DNA from: Neodothiora populina
Taxonomy: Eukaryota
Length of the DNA: 64,000 nucleotides
Direction: 5' to 3'
Assembly (NCBI RefSeq): GCF_041146345.1
Contig: NW_027191404.1
Coordinates: 2,418,001-2,482,000, forward strand
In this document: positions 35,178 through 45,754 of the stretch, piece by piece
Position numbering within the stretch: position 1 is the first letter of the stretch
Layout of the letters: each line of letters begins with the position of its first letter
The notes under the pieces: model-generated
Database searches by the model: none
The model's input: only the letters and a program-made list of their open reading frames with translations
Told to the model about the DNA's origin: nothing
Translations under genes and position numbers: made by a program

Positions 35178-35919
35178 GGGCTTATACACAGCTTCGGCAT
35201 CACACTGCTGCTACTACTACTACTACTTTTATGGCAACTATATTGCTTCTGGTCGCAAACAAACATGCAGCGCTATGGTATGGCATGGCATGCTGTAGCA
35301 ATATATCGAGCTCGGGCCAGTCTTGCTCAATGCAGGGTTATCTCCGGGCCGAGCCACTTCTACAAGTACCTTACTTGTATGGTGAGCTACCTCAAGGTAA
35401 GCTAGGTATAGATCATTGCACTTGATCGTCTCCCACGCTACTGTACTCTTCGTGTGTAGAGCCACTTACTGACGGCCTCCGTTAACTAACGCGCCTCACA
35501 TAGTCAGCAACCTCCGTGACTGGCTTTTGTGTCTTGTGTTGACATGATGAGAATGTCAACACGCAACCTAGACACGGATGTTCTGCGACCCAGAGCCACT
35601 GTAGCCAGAGATGGCACTTAGCGTGTTGTCACTCATGGACAGTTTCATAAGGTCGTTGGTTCAAGGTCCTAGTCATAGACTACAACCTTGCATTGAATCC
35701 ACATGGGGACCATCAACAACAACACTTCCTGCACTGATAATTGCAATACAATGCTAGTAATAATCAAGGTCCTTCTTCAACCTTTCATAACGACGACAAG
35801 GTGATGTTTGGAGTGTGTACAAGCCACCTCTCTCCTCATACCCTTGCTTTACAGTACCATTGTCATCCTCTTGACGTCCGCGATGTAACAACCATGCGGT
35901 ATACCCTTTATCCCGAGTT

Positions 35920-38509
35920 TTAGTCTTTGGACTTCGTCTCGTGGGATCCTGGCGACTCAGGTGGCCCTCCTTGTTGTCTATCGAATCTGACTCTCGGCAA
36001 CCCGGCTGTTTCGGAGGGTTTCGTGTTCCTGCTTGACATGCTTTGGAGCCAGCCGCCTGCTTGACTACCAAGCCGGTGGAGTTCAAGCCCAATTGGATCC
36101 GATCTCTTGCGTCGCAATGTATTCTTTCCTGGTACCACCATCTGCGAATGCATATATCTAGTCCCCTGCATAGCACCGTCCAAGTCACAGGAGTGCGAGG
36201 ATTCTGCAAGCGTCACCATCTGTGAAGGGGTGCAATGCTCGAGGACCGGGTTTGAGCATGCGCCTTCTCTCTCCGAGGACGACTCTGAGGTTATCTTGGA
36301 CAAGGCTTCTTTGGGTGGCGAAAGCACCTCGCAGGTGCGATCATCCTTGCATTCGCAAACGTTGCGAACAGGCATGGCTTCGGAGTTTTCAATCGTTGTT
36401 GGCATCATCGCTTCGAGGTCTTCATTTCCACTGGGCGGCAGATTGCAATCGCTTGCAATAGCTGATCGGCCACCTAACGTGGCTCTGATATCGCCGAAGA
36501 ACAGACTGTTGACTTGGAGTGCCAATTGTTTGCCACGCGGTTCAGTATCACAGTCAGCAAGTGCCACATCGCAATTATCATTGTGTCCGCGCGGCGCTTG
36601 ATTGCGACAGATTTCCATCAAGTCAGCTGGAAATACTGCACTGACAGCCTCACGCTCAAGCTTGATCCGGTCAAAGAGCTTCTCGGTAGACTTTGGTGAG
36701 TCAATGAAGGGCAGTGAATTCCTGTATATCAGCTCTCTGTATGGCCTCAATCGCTTCAGCTCAGACAGGGTTCCCAGCGCCGCATCTCGGGTATCTTTGT
36801 CGTCACAGGTTGATCTCGAACGGTCGCTGGTTTGCAACAGGTCTTTTGCCGGATAGTTCGCTCCAGAATCGCGCGTGGCCTCCTCGACTAGGTCGTTGAG
36901 TCGCAGTGCGTAGGATTGCTCTTCCTCTGGCTCAGAGTCCGATAGGAACAGGTCTTGCGTAATCAGTGAGCTTGCGACCTCATCACTGGTACTGTCGCTG
37001 GCTTGATTCTGCCGTCTGGTGTACCTTGGAGGCTGTGCTTCATCGCTAGTCGTCTCGATCATATCGAAGGTGCCGATTGTGCTCTGACCAGCAGAACAAC
37101 GTCCACTCTGATCACTAGTTGCTGGAGTTGTCGGACAGTACTCTGTCGGTCCCAGAGGAAGCTTGACAGTCTTAGGTGAAGACGGGCTGAGACTGACCCT
37201 CTGCAATAACGTTGGTGTGCAGGTATGGACGCGAGCCTGGTTTCGCACATTTCTAGCTTGGGTTGGTCGGGCAACGGTATAAATAGGTATCCTCTCATAA
37301 TCAGTGAGCGGCCACGTAGGCCCTTGATTCTCTTTGCCAGCTTCATCCGTGGTGGCAAGATCTTTCTCGCAGCTGACGTCCAGAGCCTCCAAGAGCCCAT
37401 CCATGAAGGTGCTCTTACGTTCGCTGGACTTGCGGTCGCTGTCATTGTCAACCGTGGCGCTGAGGGAGCTTCTAATCTGCAGACGTTCAAAGTCCGGAAC
37501 GCCGACCGTTGGCATGTCATTCTTGACCGCGATACACTTCTCTGGTTCCTCGACATTTACAGGCTGATCGAGTCTAGCTTTGCTTGTCCGCCGATGGTCG
37601 GTGGTATTGCGGGATGGCAGATAGACCTGACGAGGCGCCTGTTCTGTGATCGTTGTCTCACTCGTTCTTGTCTTGGAAGCATCATCAGATACTAGTGCTG
37701 CTGCATAATCTGCTTCGCTAATTCCTACAATCTGCTCAAGCCGAGCGTCGAAGAGATTGGTGTTCTGTAGATCGAAATCTATCGAAGGTGGCGGGCTGGC
37801 TTGCCGAAGGTTAAGCGCCGAGGGACACTTCAAGTTCGACAACGGATGAGATTCGGCCAGATTTCTCGTCGTCTCCATTGAATCTCTTGCTCGTTTGCTC
37901 AAGGGCGAGGAGCGTTTGCTCGATACTCCATCATCACCCATGGTCCGCGATGAAGCAAGACTCGATCGTTGCAGAGGACTAGATCTGGTCAAGGGATCAT
38001 CATAGTCCTCGGGACCTTGTGGCAATTTGCTTGGGTGAGCAAGCACAGCGCTTCCGAAGATTGAGTTTCTCCTGGTGGCTCTTCTTGCCGTGTCGACAAT
38101 TCTGTTGAGTGATGCAGATGCCCTCAGGCCTGAACTGGTAGCATTCCGCACTGAAGGACTCAGTGACGAGCCCACGGAGGGTCGATCCGCCGCTCCACGC
38201 ATTGATGGATGCATGTTCCCTTCTTCGTCATCCCTATCTACATGTCAGCTGTGACGAGATAAGTGCGATTACTGCCGCTACATACACAGTCTGTGAGCGG
38301 CTGAGTCGTAACGCGTCAACACTAGCCCTCGCTCTGTCGAAGAGGTGGCCCGCTGCACTGTCCCATGCCTTCCTGACAGAACCTTTGCGAGCTAATGATA
38401 ATCCGATGTTATCATCATTGTGGCCTGACTTGTTCGTCGAAGCATCCGAGGCTAGATTGTCAGACCTGTTCTTGTCAAAGAGTGGAAGTGTCATTGATTT
38501 GCGTGACAT
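35920..38509 (-). CDS. Hypothetical low-complexity S/T/D/E-rich protein, about 845 aa, 2 exons (38509-38286, 38233-35920)
   Basis: A 764-codon open frame is joined in phase to an upstream 224-nt exon by a 52-nt intron (GTATGT...GCTGAC...TAG). No domain recognised; probably largely disordered. Confidence 0.7.
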
Positions 38510-39786
38510 GATCGCAGAAATGCGTGCTCCTGGAACAATGTTTCAATGACAATGCTGATGGCTTTGTTGGAGAAAGCAGAAGTATGATATTTTCACGAGA
38601 TACACGAATGCTCTCCAGCAGCCATATTGCCGTGAATTGGTCCAGATCTCTGAAGGCAGGTGCCACCCACGGTCTGCCGAGTCTTCTCACTCACTGAGTG
38701 TGGCTTGGCCTTGTACTTACCCACGTATTGCACTTTGCTGCACCTATCACAACATACCTATCTTACACAAGCTACCAGGAAGAAGCTTGAGTACCTACCT
38801 GGCGTTGTCTCAGACCATGGAGTATCTATCTTACGTGTTATGCCTTTGCATTTCGCATCTCGCACTAGCGCTTGCTTCATGGAGATCCTGCTCAGCACGA
38901 TTTACTTGTGGTCCCTGATATCATTTTGCTAGCCAGGTACAACATCTTAAACCCTCCAGGATAATCTAGATGCCACCTCACATGTGACTGACTTCAACCT
39001 TTGGGCGGTGAAACACAACTTGTATAACGCACAATGTTACGATATCGCGATATTGGTCTCGTGGATTTCTTATGGAGAGAGGCAGACTTTGTACCATGGC
39101 AGGTACCTACTTGACGTGAGCTGGCCTCGTGGAGGAGCACACATGCTCGACATGCTTGCAGGGAGTGTATCTGTCAATGAAAGCTTTCGTTGTGATGCTC
39201 AGTTTCAACGGCAAGCCACTAGACAATCACGTCTACATGGCCAAAATTCCACGACTCCACAATCATGCTGAAGAGCCCCTTCCGCTGCGACCCGCGTGCC
39301 ACATCAGGTTCACAGTAATCAGCTATACTAGCCCAAGAGTGCGGTTGCCTTGTGCATCTGTACTAGGCAGAAACTGTCAGCCCATCTGCCGAGCGATGGG
39401 ACTACCAACGTACGCTTGCGTTACTGCCAGGTCGCTTGCTGCATGCACACCTGTGCCGCAATAGAGACTACACTGCCTGGCCATGCTTGAATCAAAGTGT
39501 CTTGCAGGCAGAGGAATATACAATGTCGACTGGATAGGATACACGAACGCATTCGGCGCTCCATTTCTTCACTATCTGTGCAACCTTGCCTACTTCACCT
39601 TACCTTGACTGTATATGATACCAGAGATGGCGGGAAATGCCGTACGGGACAAAACACAAGTCGCGGAACTTGGGAGTCCTGGCACCGAAGCTTGGGGCAG
39701 GGTCCACCACCCAAATGTTAAGTTACAGAGACACTGCAATCGCATAAACATACCTTTGCGCACTGTTGCTCTCTTTACTCTTCACT

Positions 39787-39834
39787 CTCGTCTCACTCCA
39801 CCCTCGTCTCACTCCACCCTCGTCTCACTCCGCC
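39787..39834. repeat. 16-bp tandem repeat x3 (CTCGTCTCACTCCACC) about 60 bp upstream of the RRM gene start
   Basis: Two exact copies plus a third with one substitution. Confidence 0.85.
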
Positions 39835-39893
39835 CTTGCAACGCGTGCCCGGTAGAATTATCACTAGGTGCACTTCGTGCGGCAGTATCGAAA

Positions 39894-41213
39894 ATGGCCC
39901 CAACCAAGAACAAGCCCAAGAACGAAAAGGTCGCTTCCTCTTTCGATGCGATGATCCAAGCTGGTTAATACGCGCGCTTTCCCAATTACATCTCCCGATG
40001 CGGACTGACGCCTGTTCATAGATCGCAAGAAGCGCAAGGCAGAAGAGCTTGCACAGCAGATCTTCGGAAAGCATCGTGCAGCCAGCGCAGCTCCAGGCAG
40101 CAACAAGAGGAATGCTACCCAGAATGTAGGAGGTAGTTTAGCAAGCAGAGTCGGTGTCACGAAGGTATCATCGTCGCTACAGTCGATTCTTCAATAGAGG
40201 AAGCTCACAATCACCAGAACTCATCCCAACCACGCCCTTCGCCGTCGGTCGCCAACGACAAGCGCCAACTTCAATCCAACCGACCCCAAGGCCAACGCAA
40301 CCCACGTAAGCCATTCAACAAGCCCAACGACGGCGCCACTTCAGCTTCGGCTTCACGTCTTAAGCGCGACCCAGCGTTTGCCAGTAACGAGATCAGTATT
40401 CGCGGTGCTGCTGGACCATACTGCGTTGTTGCCAGCAACTTTGCTCCTGGAACCACAGCCGCAGACATTGAAAGTGTCATGCTTCCAGTCGGAGGAGAAA
40501 TGCTAGGATGCAAGCTGATCTCGGCGAACCCTACCGTCATAGTGGAAATGGTGTTCACCGAGAGAAGCGGAGCGGAGAATGTCATCTCCATGTTCAACAA
40601 CAAGAAGGTACGATATCTTGCGCGCCCTTGGCAATCTCAAAAGGCTGATCATCAAAAGGCCGACGGTCGGATTCTTTATGTCTACATGAAAGAAGGCGGC
40701 CCTTCTCAACCCATTGCGCATCACTCGACAGTATCGAATTCTGCTGTTACTCGTCCTACTCCCATACAGTCCCTGCCTGCTCCTACAGCGCCAACGGCAC
40801 CAGTCGCTTTTTCTCTGCCTGCTCAGCAAGCCTCAGACGAGTACATGGAGATCGAGCCCGAATCCATCGTCAGCAATAACAACAACGATGCCGCGTACGT
40901 TGCGAATGGTGAAACAGACTTTCAGGCTGAGCACGCCATGGACGGAGGTGCATCGTTTGCGCCTCGTGGCAATGAGGCCCCACGCGCGCCAAGGGAGACA
41001 TACAGACCTCCTCATCGCAATGATTATCCCCGTGGCCCGAGACGGTCTGAACATGAGTACCAGGACGGCAGGCATGGCTACCAGGATCAACGGTATGCGC
41101 GCCGTGAAGACAACTACGGCGGAGGCTACAGGAGCGATAACAGGGGTCGCTTCAGAGATGATGGAAGATCGCGGGGACAAGGCAATGGCCGATCTGCGGG
41201 AGGCTATGCCTGA
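39894..41213 (+). CDS. Putative RNA-binding protein with a divergent RRM and an RG/Y-rich tail, 385 aa, 4 exons (39894-39963, 40022-40164, 40218-40607, 40659-41213)
   Basis: The spliced product reads ...SFDAMIQADRKKRKAEELAQQIFGK...ISIRGAAGPYCVVASNFAPGTTAADIESVM...VIVEMVF...AENVISMFNNKKADGRILYVY (RRM topology). Three GT-AG introns, total 1158 nt. Confidence 0.85.
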
Positions 41214-42127
41214 GCTGCTGATTCCTGTTGTCTGATGATAAAGCGCAGTTGTGCTTCTTATTGCATTTCTTCTCTAGTCAATGGGCTTTACGACTGCATG
41301 ACTGTACATCAGCGTACGTTTTCGGACTTTCCCTGGTCACTCATACCCATTCGCTTGGATTCTGGCGTTACATATACCGGTCAGGAATGGAAGTCGAAAT
41401 TTGTTCTCTGTTTCCTTTCTCCGAGTACGCTCGTGGGCGGCATTTGACGCGAGCGCAAATGCTACGGATATATGCTCTGTTGCCTCTGGTAGGCCAACGA
41501 TAAGGATATACAGCCTCCGACAATGCCATGCAGGTTGTTGACAGAACATTATTGTACACGTGGCGACGCATGGCCAAGTTCTCGGTGCCAGACAGTGTGT
41601 ACTTCAATTAAGCATATATCTGGACAGGGTTGTGCCCTCACTCAAGAGGGTTGTCCCTTTTGGAAAAGACTAGGTTGAGACAGGGGACCAACAAGGTCTC
41701 ATATGCGAAGATACCATCACAAATATGACAGCGCAGAGTTGTAGGACTCGAGATATTGATATGGACCCTAAAAATCGAAATTTCCATCCTCGGTCTCACG
41801 AACCCATAATATCAATGACCAGTCTCCCTGTCATATTCATATCGCTGCAATCGTTGAGCTCTGCTCTGCAGTAAACAAAATTATTGACTTCAGATAGGCT
41901 TATTGCAGCACCGGGTCAGCAAAAAAAAATTGGTTGGTGGAGAGCGTTTTGCACAAAGTTCGTTGCAGACAGGGGAAGTCTGTTGCACAGCCTCCTGGAC
42001 AGCTTATTGTATGGCAGAAACATATCGATATAAGACGTTCAGTATGCTCGCTGTCAACCCAATTCCTCTACCCATCTCAATCTTACCATCCAAAACCTCG
42101 CTACGATATCGTTAGATATCTCAGCAT

Positions 42128-42545
42128 TCAAAACCCATCAAAACCAAAAACCAAGACCAAAGTCAAAACCACAACCAGATTCAAAACCAAGATCAAAAAG
42201 ATCACCAACCACAACAAAAAGATCCACAGCAAGATCAAAACCCAGATCATCAAGATCAACAAGATCCACAGCAAGATCCAAGCCAATCTCAAGAACAAGA
42301 TCAACAACAAGATCTCAGACAAGATCCAGAAGCCATACCAGGCACCAAGATCGACAACGACAAGAAGATCAACAAGGTCACATCAAGATCCAAGACAAGA
42401 CCAAAGACAAGATCCCAGAAGCCATACCAGGGCACCAAGATCCAAGAACAAGATCCGAGAAGCCATACCAGGCACCCAGATCAAGAACGACAAGAAGATC
42501 AACTAGATCAAGAACAAGATCCAAGAAGCCACATCAGGCACCATC
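42128..42545 (+). repeat. A/C-rich degenerate CAAGAT(C) array containing four copies of a 28-34-bp motif (AAGATCC.AGAAGCCATACCAGGCACC.AGATC)
   Basis: Motif copies at 42321-42352, 42409-42442, 42450-42482 and 42516-42543 (divergent). The + strand is strongly T-poor. Confidence 0.85.
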
Positions 42546-42591
42546 CAACTCAGACACCCATCTCTCCAATCCTCCGAGTCAAACACACAAG

Positions 42592-43719
42592 ATGTCCGGT
42601 AGCAGTTTCAACGCCAGCTACTCAGACCTCCAGAGATTCGGGTTCGGATTCGTGATGGACCTCCACAATGTGGACACCGAACACTCCAACGATTACGACT
42701 CTGTTCGCTTGCCATCTTCCAGGATTAGCAACGTTGAGAACAGCGGCAGCGATAGTGATTGGGTCGATGTAGTAGCAGAAGAAGAAGAAGAAGAAGAAGA
42801 AGAAGAAGAAGAAGAAGAAGAAGAAGAAGAAGAAGACGTGACGTCTCAGATCTCGGATGAGTCCGTGGAAAGTCTCGTCGAAGCGCCACCAAGGAGTCGC
42901 CGTCATTACCATTTCCATGACGAAAGACGATGGATCCAGGCTCCGCATTCCCCCTGGATGGACCTGGATACCAGCATGGACGTGCCAGAAGACATCTACA
43001 GGGCGGCAGATTCCGTGCTGGACATGGCCAGAGACAGAGACGAGACTCATGGTCCAGGAGGATTTCACAGGGTGCCAGGCACAAGAAGACGTGAAACAGG
43101 CATGTTGGGGGACAGTGGACTCTTCGCCGAAGAAGAGAGGATCACGGGCTTACCATTGCCACACCTCGCGCACGTTGAGCGACGCGAGACCAGACAAAAA
43201 GCACTTGTCGCTCGCTTCCTCGACAGCTTGCCTCCACCACATCAAGCTGAGCTCAAGGAGGAGTGCCCTATCTGCCGCGAACCCTTTGAAGAAGGGTCGA
43301 CAGACGCGAGGAAGTTGCCGTGCAGTGTCGGACGCGCACACGTTTTTCATGTCACATGCATCTCACAGTGGTTGGAGCAGGAGGCTTCATGTCCAGAGTG
43401 CAGGGCTAGGTTCAGGGAATGTGAGGAAGGTAGCATCAATATCGGTGATGTTGACTCTGGCTACGAGGAGGGATCTGTCTCTGACAACGTCGACGACAAC
43501 GACAACGACAACGAAGACGTCGACGGCTTTCCCGCGGATGAGTATCTGAATCCCGAGGGTACTGATGTCGTGCCGAATTGGGTCAACATGATGGGTCGGG
43601 CACGCGAGGGGGATATTTTCATGCGGTTGATCCACAGAGCCATCCAGATGGAAGATGAGAGCGCGGTTTACTTTTCTCTCATCACTGTGCGGGCCACGGA
43701 TCGGGATATGCTGATTTAG
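42592..43719 (+). CDS. Acidic RING-H2 finger protein (putative E3 ubiquitin ligase), 375 aa, intronless
   Basis: C3H2C3 pattern CPICREPF...LPCSVGRAHVFHVTCISQWLEQEASCPECR, a poly-Glu tract and D/N-rich segments. Confidence 0.85.
   Translation: MSGSSFNASYSDLQRFGFGFVMDLHNVDTEHSNDYDSVRLPSSRISNVENSGSDSDWVDVVAEEEEEEEEEEEEEEEEEEEDVTSQISDESVESLVEAPPRSRRHYHFHDERRWIQAPHSPWMDLDTSMDVPEDIYRAADSVLDMARDRDETHGPGGFHRVPGTRRRETGMLGDSGLFAEEERITGLPLPHLAHVERRETRQKALVARFLDSLPPPHQAELKEECPICREPFEEGSTDARKLPCSVGRAHVFHVTCISQWLEQEASCPECRARFRECEEGSINIGDVDSGYEEGSVSDNVDDNDNDNEDVDGFPADEYLNPEGTDVVPNWVNMMGRAREGDIFMRLIHRAIQMEDESAVYFSLITVRATDRDMLI
42778..42834 (+). repeat. (GAA)19 perfect trinucleotide microsatellite encoding poly-Glu
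   Basis: Nineteen uninterrupted GAA codons inside the RING-H2 ORF. Confidence 0.95.
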
Positions 43720-44073
43720 CATTATTGGAACTATACATAGATAATCGGAGACCAATCAAACCCTCCACTTCAACCTTCCTGCTTGACTCTTTGCACAAAT
43801 CATACATTCGTGTATAGAATCATTCGGATAATGTGATATTCAAATAAAAGTGAGTGAATCGATACCCATACCACATGCACATCACCGACCCCCGGAAAAC
43901 CCCCCTCACCTGCCTGCTGCGTGCCAAGAATACCAGACCCCTTCTCCACGCGCGCATAACATTACGATAATACATTCAATCACGGCAACAGCACATCTCT
44001 TCCTTCTGCCTCGGGTGCAACATAAACTCCAACCGACCAGTCAACCAAGCAAGGGCAGAAAATAAAAATAACA

Positions 44074-44706
44074 ATGACAGACCCCACACCGCCCGCTAAC
44101 AAATCCGACACGACGTGGACAGTAGACGACTACGAAGCGGCCCTTGCGCACCTCGAGGCGCTGCAGGACCAGGTACGCATACCCCGATTCAAAACCCCTC
44201 GTCCGATTATCATAGCCCGCAAAGAAGACATGGACCAAGTTGGATTGAGTCAGTGAGTGCGTGCGTGCTAATACGAGAACGAACAGATCACGGCTCTGCG
44301 CACGACAATCCCCTCCATGGTGCGCCCACTGGCATACCACCCGGCGTCCCTCAGTCCTCTCACAAGAACAGCAACAACCCCATCATCCACAACGGCGAAA
44401 TCTCAGGCCTTCACCGCTTTGAAAAAAGCAGCTATAACCGCTGTCTCCGACGCGAGATCTTTCCGCGGGGAATGGGAGGGCGAGCAGACGCGGCGGATAT
44501 TAGAGAAAGCGAGGGAGAGTAGAGCAATAGATGGGGATTTGAGCAGGGGGAGGGACGTGCCTGTTTTCGGGTGGATTGATGCGCGCGGAGGGGGAGAGAG
44601 GCGGGGTGTTGGGGGGATGGAAGGGGATGGGCTGCAGCAGAAGGGCGTGGAGGGGGAGATTGAAGGGGATGTTAAGATGGAGGTTAAGATGGAGGAGTCA
44701 CCTTGA
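44074..44706 (+). CDS. Hypothetical helical protein, 172 aa, 2 exons (44074-44172, 44287-44706); resembles the N-terminal part of fungal Mediator Med27/Med3-like proteins
   Basis: ACAATG context and a 114-nt intron (GTACGC...GCTAAT...CAG) give WTVDDYEAALAHLEALQDQ|ITALRTTIPSMVRPL...FRGEWEGEQTRRILEKARES. The family call is tentative. Confidence 0.65.
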
Positions 44707-44987
44707 GGGCTTTGTGGTCGAGCATCAGCATCAGCATGAGCATCCAGCTATGACTCTACGACGCGACGACACCACAGACTACCGCACGGGGATACTACGT
44801 CCCCCAGGACTTCGCTACTTACTCCAATACACCACACCACACTACCACCCACCCACACTCGAGCGAGAAGCCGAGTCCTCTTCTTCCTTCCATTGGCGTC
44901 GGATCAAACAAGCAGAGGTCCAGAACCGCCATTCCGGCAGAGGGGAAAGCTCACCTCGGCCGACTACCATGCTCCTCTCGAGGTCCT

Positions 44988-44990
<3 letters not shown>

Positions 44991-45020
<30 letters not shown>
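44991..45020. repeat. (CA)15 microsatellite
   Basis: Read directly from the sequence. Confidence 0.95.
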
Positions 45021-45021
<1 letters not shown>

Positions 45022-45754
45022 TCATCAATCAGTCAATCGGCCACTCTGTCACTCACTCACACGCTCACCAATCGCGGCATTAAGGCTGGCACGGAAGGCT
45101 ACTTAGCCTAGAGCACCGAATCAACCCGCGCCATTTGCACGCCAGCGACGACGTCGACGGATAGTCGCGGCCTTGCATACTGCAATGACGACAACAAACT
45201 CAAGAAAAACTGTGTACGTTTTCTTTTCCGAGAATGACTGAGCCATTTGGTGTGGGTACTGGGAAGGAGTGATCACTGCGTCTGTTACTAGATCGTCACG
45301 TCGCACCTGCGTGTCGCGCTCTTGTCTCATGCTGTCTTGGTAGATATCCAGACCTAAAGCATGACACGGAGGAACAGTCTGGGGAGAAGGGTGGTGAGGG
45401 GCAGGGAAACTACACCATAGAAGTACCAATGCGATCAAGGACGTCCTCGTGTGAGTCTAGATTGAGGCGAGACCCAGATGGAGACGAGGAGATCACAGGA
45501 GAGGAGACGACGAAAGAGGGAATGGTGAGGCAGACTATTGGTATCATGTCCATGCGCGCACGAGCGTCAAGTAGCTTTGCTTTTTACTATGTAATTATCG
45601 AGTAAGAATGCCACGAGAGTAGAGGACATCATCATTCCTAGCATCTTTCAATAGGAGAAAGGTGCCATGTGAGACCCATCACCAAGCTTTTCGACAAGGA
45701 AAGAAGCTACAGAAACCCCAAGGTAGGGTCGGAAGGCAAAAGAGAGGAACAGCT

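Noticed and set aside
35205..35227. (CTG)2(CTA)5 tract upstream of GatA, producing Leu-, Tyr- or Thr-run ORFs
   Set aside because: Short microsatellite. The apparent hydrophobic ORFs (35079-35405 etc.) are artefacts of it.
38550..39780. Short + strand ORFs in the divergent spacer before the RRM gene
   Set aside because: Mostly non-ATG starts, no family signal and no consistent exon structure.
41624..41690. Short repeated AGGGTTGT(G)CCCT motifs as possible transposon ends
   Set aside because: I found no matching terminal repeat, target-site duplication or transposase/RT remnant in the window.
41934..42506. 190-aa Lys/Ile-rich ORF
   Set aside because: It starts with TTG and stays open only because the repeat array is T-poor. 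Treated as a repeat, not a gene.
42321..42543. CRISPR-like appearance of four ~30-bp repeats
   Set aside because: The context is eukaryotic, the spacers are irregular (about 7-56 bp) and made of the same CAAGAT units, the repeats contain indels, and there are no cas genes.
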